24,988 bases of DNA from a virus (taxonomy: Duplodnaviria > Caudoviricetes). The DNA lies in the IMG/VR virus record IMGVR_UViG_3300037424_001210, positions 1 to 24,988 of that record; one strand, given 5' to 3'. The notes beneath the pieces are model-generated. The model saw only the letters and a program-made list of their open reading frames with translations. It made no database searches and was not told the DNA's origin. How positions within the stretch are numbered: position 1 is the first letter of the stretch; every line of letters starts with the position of its first letter. The position numbers and the translations under genes were made by a program. Shown piece by piece: positions 9,479 through 17,296 of this stretch.

Positions 9479-9913
9479 TCAAAATTCCCACAATCCTGTT
9501 TCGTATTTGATGACCAGATCGACCGACACCATGCAGACGGTCACCGCCTCGGTCTGTTTGCCTTCGTCGATGCTGTTGATCTCAGTGGTCAGGGCCAGCG
9601 CCGGCGAGCCCCAGGTCTTATTGGCACCGACGCAGATGAGCACGTCGGCGAGGATCGAGGCGGCTTGCTCCATCGTTTTCGCCATGGCGGTGGCGGCGAG
9701 GGTCAGCCGGTGTTCGCGCACCCGGCCGGCGCTGACCGTCACCGGCGAGGTTAGCGGATCGAGCAGCAGCACCGGCAACTCGGCCGGCTGCACGGCATCG
9801 GTGCGCCGCAGGTACACGCGGCCGGCAAGGTTGTTGCTGTAGGTGGCACCGCCGGTGATCGCTTTGAGGGCGGTGTCGACGGCGGCAATTATCAGTTCGC
9901 GCTTGGTGCTCAT
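9479..9913 (-). CDS. Tail terminator / tail completion protein (gpU-like, 144 aa)
   Basis: MSTKRELIIAAV...GRVY...ELPVL pattern; directly upstream of the tube gene. Confidence 0.7.
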   Translation of the reverse strand: MSTKRELIIAAVDTALKAITGGATYSNNLAGRVYLRRTDAVQPAELPVLLLDPLTSPVTVSAGRVREHRLTLAATAMAKTMEQAASILADVLICVGANKTWGSPALALTTEINSIDEGKQTEAVTVCMVSVDLVIKYETGLWEF

Positions 9914-10998
9914 TGCGTTACCTCATACAAGCGTTTCTCTGCCCCGCCGCGCTGGATACGCACACCGCTGGCACCGGCCGCGCCTGGTTCGACCAGCAGC
10001 ATCCGCGAGCCGCGCAGATGCGGTCCGGTGCCGGCGGCGGAAAGGTTGAATGAGCGACTTCCCAGGTAGACGGTTGCTGCCGGCGCGTCCAGATACGCCT
10101 CAATATCGGCTACCAATGCCGTGGCCATTGTCGTATGCCCGGCGAGCGATGGATGTCCGCCATCCGGGCTACGGGCGATTTCCGGCCAAAGGCGGGTATC
10201 GACAAGGAAGGCGGTGACGGCGGCGGTTACGACATCTTTGACCGACTGCACCTTGTCGTTGGCATAACCGACGATTGGGGTGAGGCAAAATATTGTGATG
10301 CCGGGGTGGTCGGTGCGGATCATGCCGAGAAGGGTGGCGTAGTCCGACTCAAAAGCCGTGTCATCCAGGCCAATATCGTTGGCGGCGTGGGCGATCAGCG
10401 CATAGTCAAAAGCCGGGTCGGCGGCGGCAACTCCGGTTTTTTTGTATGGATATTGCGCCAGCGCATCGGGGACAAGGCTTCCCCATGCTTTCAGTATCCC
10501 CGTACCGCCAAAGCAGAGCGTCCAGATTTCCAACCCAAGTGCTGCGCCCGCTTGTTGGTGGTAAACCTGCCGGCCGTCGTGCAGGTTCTGGACGGTGCCA
10601 ACATCCAGCAGGCGGAGACCTTCGCTGATCGAGTCACCGAGCACCAGCATTTTTGGCAGGCCAGTCGGCCACGGCTGCACGTTGCTAGCGGTGATATCGG
10701 TCACGGTGCAACCTGTCCAGCCAGCCCAGCGGTCGTTGGTGTAGTCAACCGACTCCACCCATAGTTCAGCGGTGTGCGAACCAGCGGCCACCGTGACATT
10801 GATTGTCCCTGGCGCCTGCCGGCCGAGCAGCCCCTCGTCTATGAAAAGATTGACGGCCAGACCGCCGGAACAGGTGACAGCGCATGCCGTGCCGGTAAAT
10901 TGCCAACGCAGGCGATAGCCGGTCGTTGGGGTATACAGCCCGCCGTTATCTTCTACCCAGCGCCCGATGCGGGTCAGATCAAGAGAGGCGGGGTTCAT
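9910..10998 (-). CDS. SGNH/GDSL-family esterase, CE2-like architecture (about 362 aa)
   Basis: Blocks VLGDSISEG, FGGTG, AANDI and DGGHPSLAGH; N-terminal beta domain; start MNPASL at 10998 with an ATGA overlap. Confidence 0.85.
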   Translation of the reverse strand: MNPASLDLTRIGRWVEDNGGLYTPTTGYRLRWQFTGTACAVTCSGGLAVNLFIDEGLLGRQAPGTINVTVAAGSHTAELWVESVDYTNDRWAGWTGCTVTDITASNVQPWPTGLPKMLVLGDSISEGLRLLDVGTVQNLHDGRQVYHQQAGAALGLEIWTLCFGGTGILKAWGSLVPDALAQYPYKKTGVAAADPAFDYALIAHAANDIGLDDTAFESDYATLLGMIRTDHPGITIFCLTPIVGYANDKVQSVKDVVTAAVTAFLVDTRLWPEIARSPDGGHPSLAGHTTMATALVADIEAYLDAPAATVYLGSRSFNLSAAGTGPHLRGSRMLLVEPGAAGASGVRIQRGGAEKRLYEVTQ

Positions 10999-12539
10999 GC
11001 TGTCTGACTCCCGTCCCAACTGCTATAGCCGGTCTCAAGTGGGACCGTGAATGCAGTTGCGCCGAAGTTCACCGTTCCGTTAGACGTTCTGTAGAGTGCC
11101 AAGGAAAACCAGATGGCGGCGCTGCCCGACAAAACCGCCGTGTCGGCGTCCAGCCCGTGTGCGGCTGTTTTTACCCGCATCGTGCGGGTGTCTGCATCAA
11201 TTAGCAGCTGCACTTTGGTCCCGGGCGCTACCGCTGGCCAAACTGCCGAATTGACCCCGTTGACCCATTTGAGACCGGTAGACGCTCCGGGTGTTGCGGC
11301 GTTGTGCCAGCCGACGGAGACACCGCCATCCACGGCGTCACCCGGGAAACCGTCGCTGTCGGTCAAGCGGGTTGCGTCGACAAAACCGGCGATGAAGTCG
11401 GCAACATCAGTAGCGGAGTTCAGCACTGCCTCTACCGCCCATTTTCCGGTTGTCTTGCCGGTGGTGCTGAAACAGCGCGTCCATGCAGCCGTGGCAGTGA
11501 CGGCCGTCAAGTTGCCGCCACTGAGAGTTAGCGCAGCGTTCTTTGTTGCCGGATCGAGCGTGATGACCTCAGCGGCGGGGATTGAGACCTCGCAAACAGC
11601 AGAAATCGCCGCGCCGATGTTGCCGGTAATGTCTTTTGCCCGAGCGTGGAGGGTGACGCTTTGTGTCTGGCCGGCGGCTAGGCCGCTGGCGAAACCGGCG
11701 GCTAGCCAGGCGGCGGCGCTTTGCCATGTTGCCCCAGCAAAGGCCGGGTCCATGCTGACCTGATAGGCGCTTGGCGTACCGGATGCCGACAGTGCGGAGA
11801 TGGCTATGTTCGCATCGGCGCTGGTCGCTTCAACAACAAAGCCAGTCATGACCGGTGCGGTTACGTCCGCCGCGACATCCAGAAGAAATCCAAGACCGTC
11901 ATAAAGCTGTGTGGCATCGGCGACGGCGGCGATAGTCGGTTTGATGGTGATCGTTACTACTGATCCCCCCACCCAGCCGACGACGGGCGGCGCCAGCGTC
12001 CAGACGGCATTGGCCCCGGATACGCTCGGTGCGTAGGAGATGCCATCGGTCGCCTCAAGGGTGCCGCTGCCGTTGCCGACACAAGTGACGCCGGAAACGG
12101 CCTCGGTGAACGTCACCTCGATGCTGCCATCGACCGCCAGCGTGGCTGTAGCCGGGGCGGTGATCGCGGCGAAGACGCGCACGTCGTACATCTCGGTTTC
12201 TGAGGCGCCGACCGGGGCGGCCGGGTAGACGATAATATTGCCCGGGATCAGGCGCGACAGATCGGCGTGATATTCGTCATTGGCCAGCAGATCGACCGGG
12301 CGGGACGTGGGCAGGCGAATGTGCCAGTGGTTGGCGCCGCCGGCGGCAGCAACCGTGCAGGGGTTGGCTAGTGCGGCCCCGGTGCTGGTGCGCAGACCGG
12401 CTAGGCGGTGGGCGCCGGCAACGAGGCGCACTTCGAGGGTGTCGGTGCTCTCTAGGGCAATGCCAGCACCGGCCGGACCCTGTGTGTTCTGGCGGATAAT
12501 GCGCGCCGGCAGGCGGTCGCGGATGATACGCTCGGTCAT
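10995..12539 (-). CDS. Tail fibre / receptor-binding-like protein with C-terminal SPRY/B30.2-like domain (514 aa)
   Basis: Ala/Thr/Val-rich Ig-like middle (DVTAP). The C-terminus TLDPATKNAALTLSGGNLTA...TGKTTGKWAVE...LLIDADTRTM...VNFGATAF is typical of phage SPRY domains. Confidence 0.7.
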   Translation of the reverse strand: MTERIIRDRLPARIIRQNTQGPAGAGIALESTDTLEVRLVAGAHRLAGLRTSTGAALANPCTVAAAGGANHWHIRLPTSRPVDLLANDEYHADLSRLIPGNIIVYPAAPVGASETEMYDVRVFAAITAPATATLAVDGSIEVTFTEAVSGVTCVGNGSGTLEATDGISYAPSVSGANAVWTLAPPVVGWVGGSVVTITIKPTIAAVADATQLYDGLGFLLDVAADVTAPVMTGFVVEATSADANIAISALSASGTPSAYQVSMDPAFAGATWQSAAAWLAAGFASGLAAGQTQSVTLHARAKDITGNIGAAISAVCEVSIPAAEVITLDPATKNAALTLSGGNLTAVTATAAWTRCFSTTGKTTGKWAVEAVLNSATDVADFIAGFVDATRLTDSDGFPGDAVDGGVSVGWHNAATPGASTGLKWVNGVNSAVWPAVAPGTKVQLLIDADTRTMRVKTAAHGLDADTAVLSGSAAIWFSLALYRTSNGTVNFGATAFTVPLETGYSSWDGSQTA

Positions 12540-12919
12540 GGCGTTATTACCTTACTGGTGCGCAGTTTTCCGGCGTACCACTGTTCGGGCTCGCCGAGAC
12601 TGTCGGTGACCTTCACGTCGAAATAGGCGACGTATGTACTCCCCTCGATGGCCGTTGCCCCGGCGACAATGACGGTGGCATCGGCGGCGGAGATCTTGCC
12701 GTTAATTACGCCGTTCGGCAGATCGCTGCCGGAAAAGTCGATGTCGGCCAGCTTGGTCGATGTCTCGTCAACCGCGACCCGCACATGCCCGGTGACCGTG
12801 TAGCCGGTAAAATCCATCGGCGTGCTGTCGGGGTTGTCATGCCCATCGTCGATGAGCGGCAACCGGCGGCCGGAGTAGATGACGCGGTTGAGGATGATGG
12901 GGAAATCGGTGTCGTACAT
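12536..12919 (-). CDS. Small BppU-N-like fibre adaptor / virion protein (127 aa)
   Basis: PMDFTGYTVTGHVR...YFDVKVTD...G pattern; ATGA overlap with the fibre gene. Confidence 0.55.
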   Translation of the reverse strand: MYDTDFPIILNRVIYSGRRLPLIDDGHDNPDSTPMDFTGYTVTGHVRVAVDETSTKLADIDFSGSDLPNGVINGKISAADATVIVAGATAIEGSTYVAYFDVKVTDSLGEPEQWYAGKLRTSKVITP

Positions 12920-12931
12920 GGGTTAGCCTCG

Positions 12932-13414
12932 CTATTTCGTCCGCGCTTTGTCCCAGCGCTTTTCAAGGGTGCGCAGCGTCCCCATGCCGAGCATGGCTAA
13001 AACCAGTTCCATGAGGTCGGCCCCGTCGACCGGATACGGCACCAGCGCCTGCATGCCCCAGCACGCCTTGATCCAGAAGATCGCCGCCAGGGTGTATTTC
13101 GGGAGGTAATAGGCCGCCAGAGCCGCCGAGAGCACCCAGCCGATCATCGGCCGCCAGCCGCTGACGAAGATCGACGGGTTTTGCGCTTCGAGTTTGTTGA
13201 CTTCGACCTGCGCCAAAGCGAGATCCTGCTCGCGCTGATCGAGGCGGTCGGCGATTTCGGCCAGTTTGAGTTTGGCGTCTTCGCTCATCACGGTGTCGCC
13301 GGTGATCGCCGCGCGCAGATCCTTCGCCAGACCGCCGAGGGCCGAGCCGGCCGCCTTCACGACCTCGCCGACGGCGGCGCCGCCGGCTTCTCCGATTAAT
13401 TTCGACAGGCTCAT
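12932..13414 (-). CDS. Holin of the 3TM (GTA-type) family (about 160 aa)
   Basis: Start MSLSKLIG at 13414; coiled coil, then VNKLEAQNPSIFVSGWRPMIGW and LAMLGMGTLRTLEK motifs; follows the endolysin. Confidence 0.85.
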   Translation of the reverse strand: MSLSKLIGEAGGAAVGEVVKAAGSALGGLAKDLRAAITGDTVMSEDAKLKLAEIADRLDQREQDLALAQVEVNKLEAQNPSIFVSGWRPMIGWVLSAALAAYYLPKYTLAAIFWIKACWGMQALVPYPVDGADLMELVLAMLGMGTLRTLEKRWDKARTK

Positions 13415-13453
13415 GGGCGCTCTCCGGTAAACATCATCGGCGTTTTGCCTTTC

Positions 13454-13527
13454 GTAGGGGCGACCGGCCGGTCGCCCTGGGGTTGACTCGGATGCCGTTA
13501 CTAGGGCGACCGGCCGGTCGCCCCTAC
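13454..13527. repeat. REPIN-like doublet of GTAG REP sequences
   Basis: GTAGGGGCGACCGGCCGGTCGCCCT (13454-13478) and its exact reverse complement (13503-13527); each copy is itself a hairpin. Confidence 0.85.
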
Positions 13528-13970
13528 GGACGTTCCTCTTTGGCCAGGGCGAGCAGCAGGCCGGTTTTCGGGAACTGGCGACCGGGGCAGGTCTTTTGCG
13601 AGTAGTCGCAGTGATAAACGATGCCGCGCAGCGGGATAGCATATTGCCGCATGAGCGAGGCGCAGAGCGATTCGAGGACGCCGAGCAGTTCGGCGTCGGG
13701 CGGCGCCAGATCGTAGTTGCCGACGAGGCAGACGCCGAGGTGCGTGGCGTTGAGCGCCGGGCAGTGCGCGCCCTGAAACTTGACCGGCCGGCCCTCGATG
13801 ATCTGCACCTTGCCAGCGACGCGCTCGACGAGATAGTGATAGCCGATGTCGTCCCAGCCGTTGGTTTCGATGTGATACTTGCGGATAGCAGAACCGTCGA
13901 CGGTCTTGCCGTCTTTGGTCAGGCTGTGATGGATACAGAGGCCGATCGGGGCAGAGGTAAAGGTTTTCAT
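13524..13970 (-). CDS. Endolysin, N-acetylmuramoyl-L-alanine amidase (Amidase_2 / T7-lysozyme-like)
   Basis: Zn-amidase motifs IHHS, GWDDIGYHY, GAHC, GVCLVGNY and YH...KTCPG. Confidence 0.93.
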   Translation of the reverse strand: MKTFTSAPIGLCIHHSLTKDGKTVDGSAIRKYHIETNGWDDIGYHYLVERVAGKVQIIEGRPVKFQGAHCPALNATHLGVCLVGNYDLAPPDAELLGVLESLCASLMRQYAIPLRGIVYHCDYSQKTCPGRQFPKTGLLLALAKEERP

Positions 13971-13973
13971 CAG

Positions 13974-14177
13974 TCAATCCCCCAGATCGCCATGCCGCCG
14001 TTGCGGAACACCGTGGTTGACTTCGTGAGCACCGAGCAATTTGTTGAATTTTTCTTTAAGCAAATTCAACTCGGAAAAGAGCAGATTCTGGTTTTTGTCG
14101 ACCTTATTTAGCGTGCGCATCGAAAAAAAGGCGACGATGCCCAGCAATATCTCGACGATGTGCGCTCCGGTAATCAT
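13974..14177 (-). CDS. Small membrane protein, possible holin/antiholin (67 aa)
   Basis: N-terminal hydrophobic helix (IVEILLGIVAFF) plus coiled coil; directly upstream of the amidase; GGAGG RBS. Confidence 0.55.
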   Translation of the reverse strand: MITGAHIVEILLGIVAFFSMRTLNKVDKNQNLLFSELNLLKEKFNKLLGAHEVNHGVPQRRHGDLGD

Positions 14178-14498
14178 CTATCCCTCCGTCAGAATCAATA
14201 CAGTCAAACCCTGCCCGTCCGGCTCGGCGCCGGTGATCGTGTAGTCTTTGCCGTCGAGCCCGCGGGTGAGCGCCGTGCCGTGGCTGGCGAGGTCGGTCAC
14301 GTCGGTGCTTTGCACGGTCAGGCGCGGCGCATAACTTTCGATGCCGACGCCCATGACCAGCCGCTCGGTCGGGCCGTCGTAGACGCCGCTGAGCGGCTTG
14401 CCGCCGGGCGTGCCGTCGTCGATGATCCAGGGCTCTGGATCGGCGAACGTGGCGATGACGGCGGTGTTGGCGGCGGCGCTCATCGAAGCGAAACTCAT
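14178..14498 (-). CDS. Head-tail joining protein (gpFII-like, 106 aa)
   Basis: Size, position after the capsid genes, and C-terminal YTITGAEPDGQGLTVLIL motif. Confidence 0.75.
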   Translation of the reverse strand: MSFASMSAAANTAVIATFADPEPWIIDDGTPGGKPLSGVYDGPTERLVMGVGIESYAPRLTVQSTDVTDLASHGTALTRGLDGKDYTITGAEPDGQGLTVLILTEG

Positions 14499-14819
14499 TT
14501 ATTTTTTCTTCCGGCCGAAAAGTCCCCATGTCTTTTCTTCAGGGGGGGGGGGTTGGCTTGCCGCCGCCGCCGTTTGCGCATCGTCTTCCGAAACAGCTGG
14601 CACCGGCGTGATCTGCTGCAGCAGCGCCTTGTTGACCGCGCCGTCGTAGCCGAACGCTTCGCCGCACTTGAACGACACCGACTGGCCGTGGCGGATCTGA
14701 TACAGTCCGCTGCCGAGATCGTCGAGCGACTGCAGTCGCGGTGCGGCCTGCTCTGTGCTCAGGTCGAGGATGCCGGCAAACAGGGTGACCGGCTGATGGA
14801 TGACTTTATAGCGCTGCAT
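14499..14819 (-). CDS. Hypothetical head-associated protein (about 106 aa)
   Basis: Start MQRYKVI at 14819 after a GGAGG RBS; VSFKCGEAFGY motif; directly after the capsid gene; contains a C11 run. Confidence 0.65.
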   Translation of the reverse strand: MQRYKVIHQPVTLFAGILDLSTEQAAPRLQSLDDLGSGLYQIRHGQSVSFKCGEAFGYDGAVNKALLQQITPVPAVSEDDAQTAAAASQPPPPEEKTWGLFGRKKK

Positions 14820-14855
14820 GATGCCTCCCTTGCTGAGAACCGGATTGCTTGCGAA

Positions 14856-14881
14856 GTGACCGGAGCGCGGGCTCCGGTCAC
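14856..14881 (-). terminator. Hairpin after the major capsid gene (terminator or stabiliser)
   Basis: GTGACCGGAGC-GCGG-GCTCCGGTCAC, perfect 11-bp stem; no strong U-tract. Confidence 0.5.
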
Positions 14882-14899
14882 CGGTGCAAACCATCCGGA

Positions 14900-15835
14900 T
14901 CAGGTGAAGGTGGTCAGGCAGGCGTGCTGCCAGTAGCCGAAACCGACGTTGCGGATCGCCTTGATGCCGTAGAGGTGGCGGTCGTTTTTGAACTCTTCCT
15001 CGGAGCCCTCGGCCAGGGCGGTGACTTCGAGCTCAACCTCTTCTTGCAGGATGAACGGCTTGACGTTGCCGTCGGCGCGGAAGGTGGCAAACTTCTCCGT
15101 CCAGGTCAGACGCGGATTGACCACCAACTGGAAATTGAAACCGCCCAGGTTGGTGATGGTGTTTGTGCGGCTGCCCGAGGCATCGACGATGACCGGGTTT
15201 TTCAGGGCGGCGGCGGCGGGGGCCATGAAGGGGGTCGGCACCATGACGGTGAAGTCCATGGCGTTTTCGTTCATCGGCTCGCCCTGGTCATCTTTAAAGC
15301 CGATGATCTGCGAAACCGACTGCAGCACCGCCGTCTCAAACTCGGCAGCGGTCGGCGCCGTGGTCGTGCCGATATTCAAGGTGATATCGTTGTCCTGCGT
15401 GCCGCTGTCGCCTTCGCTGTGGTCGGTGTCGAAGAAATACTGGCCGTCGTAGCAGAGTCCCGCCTCGCCGGCGATGATCAGCGCCGACAGCAGCTTGACC
15501 CAATGGGCGTTGGCGCGGTCCGCCATTTCGTTGACGCGGATCATCACCTGCCCGGTCTTGTCGCGGCGGATCTCGTCGAGCAGCACCTCCAGGGTGGCCT
15601 CGAACTTCTTGTTGGTGATGGTGATGCCGTTTTCGCGCATCGCTTTAGCCAGACGGCCGCCGATCCACTCGCGCATGGCCGGCGAGGAGCCGAGCCAGGC
15701 GTAGGTTTCGCTTGCCTGGTCCGACTTGAACGGCCCCATGGCGATGCGGGGCAGATACTCGTTGCCGACCTTCTGCGCCAAGCGGTCGAAAAAGCTGCCG
15801 ATAATGGCTCGGCTGGAAAGACTGGATGCACCCAT
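14900..15835 (-). CDS. Major capsid protein, Mu gpT-like (311 aa)
   Basis: SETYAWLGSSPAMREWIGGR, ITNKKFEATLEV, CYDGQYFFDTDH, KPFILQ and RNVGFGYWQ motifs are characteristic of the Mu-like gpT family; AAGGAG RBS. Confidence 0.92.
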   Translation of the reverse strand: MGASSLSSRAIIGSFFDRLAQKVGNEYLPRIAMGPFKSDQASETYAWLGSSPAMREWIGGRLAKAMRENGITITNKKFEATLEVLLDEIRRDKTGQVMIRVNEMADRANAHWVKLLSALIIAGEAGLCYDGQYFFDTDHSEGDSGTQDNDITLNIGTTTAPTAAEFETAVLQSVSQIIGFKDDQGEPMNENAMDFTVMVPTPFMAPAAAALKNPVIVDASGSRTNTITNLGGFNFQLVVNPRLTWTEKFATFRADGNVKPFILQEEVELEVTALAEGSEEEFKNDRHLYGIKAIRNVGFGYWQHACLTTFT

Positions 15836-15861
15836 GACGTGTTTCTCCTTTGCAAAAATGG

Positions 15862-15885
15862 GTAGGGGCGCTGCGAACCGCGCCC
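15862..15885 (+). repeat. Degenerate GTAG REP-like palindrome
   Basis: GTAGGGGCGCTGCGAACCGCGCCC, intergenic upstream of the capsid gene. Confidence 0.55.
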
Positions 15886-15898
15886 GGTTTATTGGTTA

Positions 15899-16666
15899 TT
15901 AGGCCTCGGCGGCCCAGATGCCCTTGAGGCCGTTGACGACGTAGCCGTCGGCGTGGCCGGCGGTCAGCGTCACGTAATCGCCGCGGCGGGCGGTGGCCAG
16001 CGTGTTGATCAGGTCCTTGTTGTCGACGCCGCCCAGGTTCGGCCCCATGATCTTGTCGGCGGCGGCCGGATCGGCGCTGATCTGGGCGGTGCCGAAGGGG
16101 GCCATGCAGACCAGGGTGACATCGGACAGGGCGGTGGCGGTGACCGGCAGGGTGACGACGGTGGTCACGGTGCAGAAGATGAGCTTGCCGGTGTCCTGCG
16201 CGTCGAGGGTCAGGGTGGCGGCGGCGAGGGTCTCGCGAACGCGGCCGCCGTACGGGTCGGCGTAGTTGTCGCCGTCGTATTCGACGATGACCACCCCGGA
16301 GCTGACGAAGCGCCGCACGAAACCGATGAAGACGGCGGCGGTCGGAAGAAAGACGAAGGTATTGTCGTCGGTGGCGTAGACCGGCTGGCCAACGTCGGTG
16401 ATCACCGCGCCGGAGACGGCGAGCTGCGCCGTGCCTTTTTTCTTCACCCGCACATTGACGGCGGCGGCGAGGCCGGCGGCGTTGTCGGCTTTGCGCTCGG
16501 CAAAACCGATGAACTTGTCGGCGGCGGTGAGCGGCCGGGCGTGGCCGGTGCCGTCAACGGCACCGACGGCGGCGCCTTCGTAGATGATGTCGGAGGCGAT
16601 CATCGGCACTTCGTTGATGCTGCCGAGCTCTTCGGCCCGAGGGGTATTGACTGCGAGCGTCGTCAT
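15899..16666 (-). CDS. Capsid decoration/cement-type protein with C-terminal extension (255 aa)
   Basis: Between protease and capsid genes; IYEGAAVG, FIGFA, DVGQPVYATDDNTF and FIGFV motifs typical of decoration proteins that accompany gpT-like capsids. Confidence 0.65.
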   Translation of the reverse strand: MTTLAVNTPRAEELGSINEVPMIASDIIYEGAAVGAVDGTGHARPLTAADKFIGFAERKADNAAGLAAAVNVRVKKKGTAQLAVSGAVITDVGQPVYATDDNTFVFLPTAAVFIGFVRRFVSSGVVIVEYDGDNYADPYGGRVRETLAAATLTLDAQDTGKLIFCTVTTVVTLPVTATALSDVTLVCMAPFGTAQISADPAAADKIMGPNLGGVDNKDLINTLATARRGDYVTLTAGHADGYVVNGLKGIWAAEA

Positions 16667-16717
16667 GTTGCTGTTCCTTTCGTCAAAAGAGGGAAGTCCG
16701 GCGCCACGGCCGGAGGT

Positions 16718-17296
16718 TTACTTTTTCAGTACGCGGGCGCGCCCGCTTTCTGCGTGGGTCCGATAGGCGAGGTACGCCCCGAACTTGCCGCCGAACTCGG
16801 CGCGCAGATCGGCGTCTTTGTCCCATTCGGCCTGGGCGCGCTCCTCAATCGGCGCGTTGGGATCGATGCCGGCACCGGGCGTGACATCGGCACCGGGCGT
16901 GACATCGGCGGCGGGGACGACCGGCGGCGCGTCGCCTTCGAGCGCGGCCAGATGCGCCGTGCGCACGCCCTTCTCGGCGGCGATGACGGCGGCGGCGGCC
17001 TGCTCGCCGGTGGTCTGACCGTCGAATTTGAGCGCGGCGATCAGCGCCTCATGGCCGGGGATGAGCTGGGCTTCGACCGCCTGGATGCGGGCGCCTTCGG
17101 CGCTGGCGGCGGCTTTGTGCGGATTTTTCATGCACGAGGCGCATTCACCGCCTTCGCACGACTTGCAGGCGCACGTTCCGCACATCGGCCCGGCGGGCAT
17201 CGCGCCGTCCGCGGCGAGAACATATCCCTCGCGGGCGCCGGCCTGGATCTGCGCGAACAGATCGGGGCTTGCGGACTGGAATTCCTGAATGGTCAT
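16718..17296 (-). CDS. Nested in-frame scaffolding protein (Nu3-like, about 192 aa)
   Basis: Strong internal RBS AAAGGAG 8 nt before ATG 17296 (MTIQEFQSASPDL...AEGARIQAV), analogous to lambda Nu3 inside C. Confidence 0.7.
   Translation of the reverse strand: MTIQEFQSASPDLFAQIQAGAREGYVLAADGAMPAGPMCGTCACKSCEGGECASCMKNPHKAAASAEGARIQAVEAQLIPGHEALIAALKFDGQTTGEQAAAAVIAAEKGVRTAHLAALEGDAPPVVPAADVTPGADVTPGAGIDPNAPIEERAQAEWDKDADLRAEFGGKFGAYLAYRTHAESGRARVLKK

Noticed and set aside
13454-13527. CRISPR array
   Set aside because: Only two units, inverted rather than direct, with a GTAG REP structure; no cas genes.
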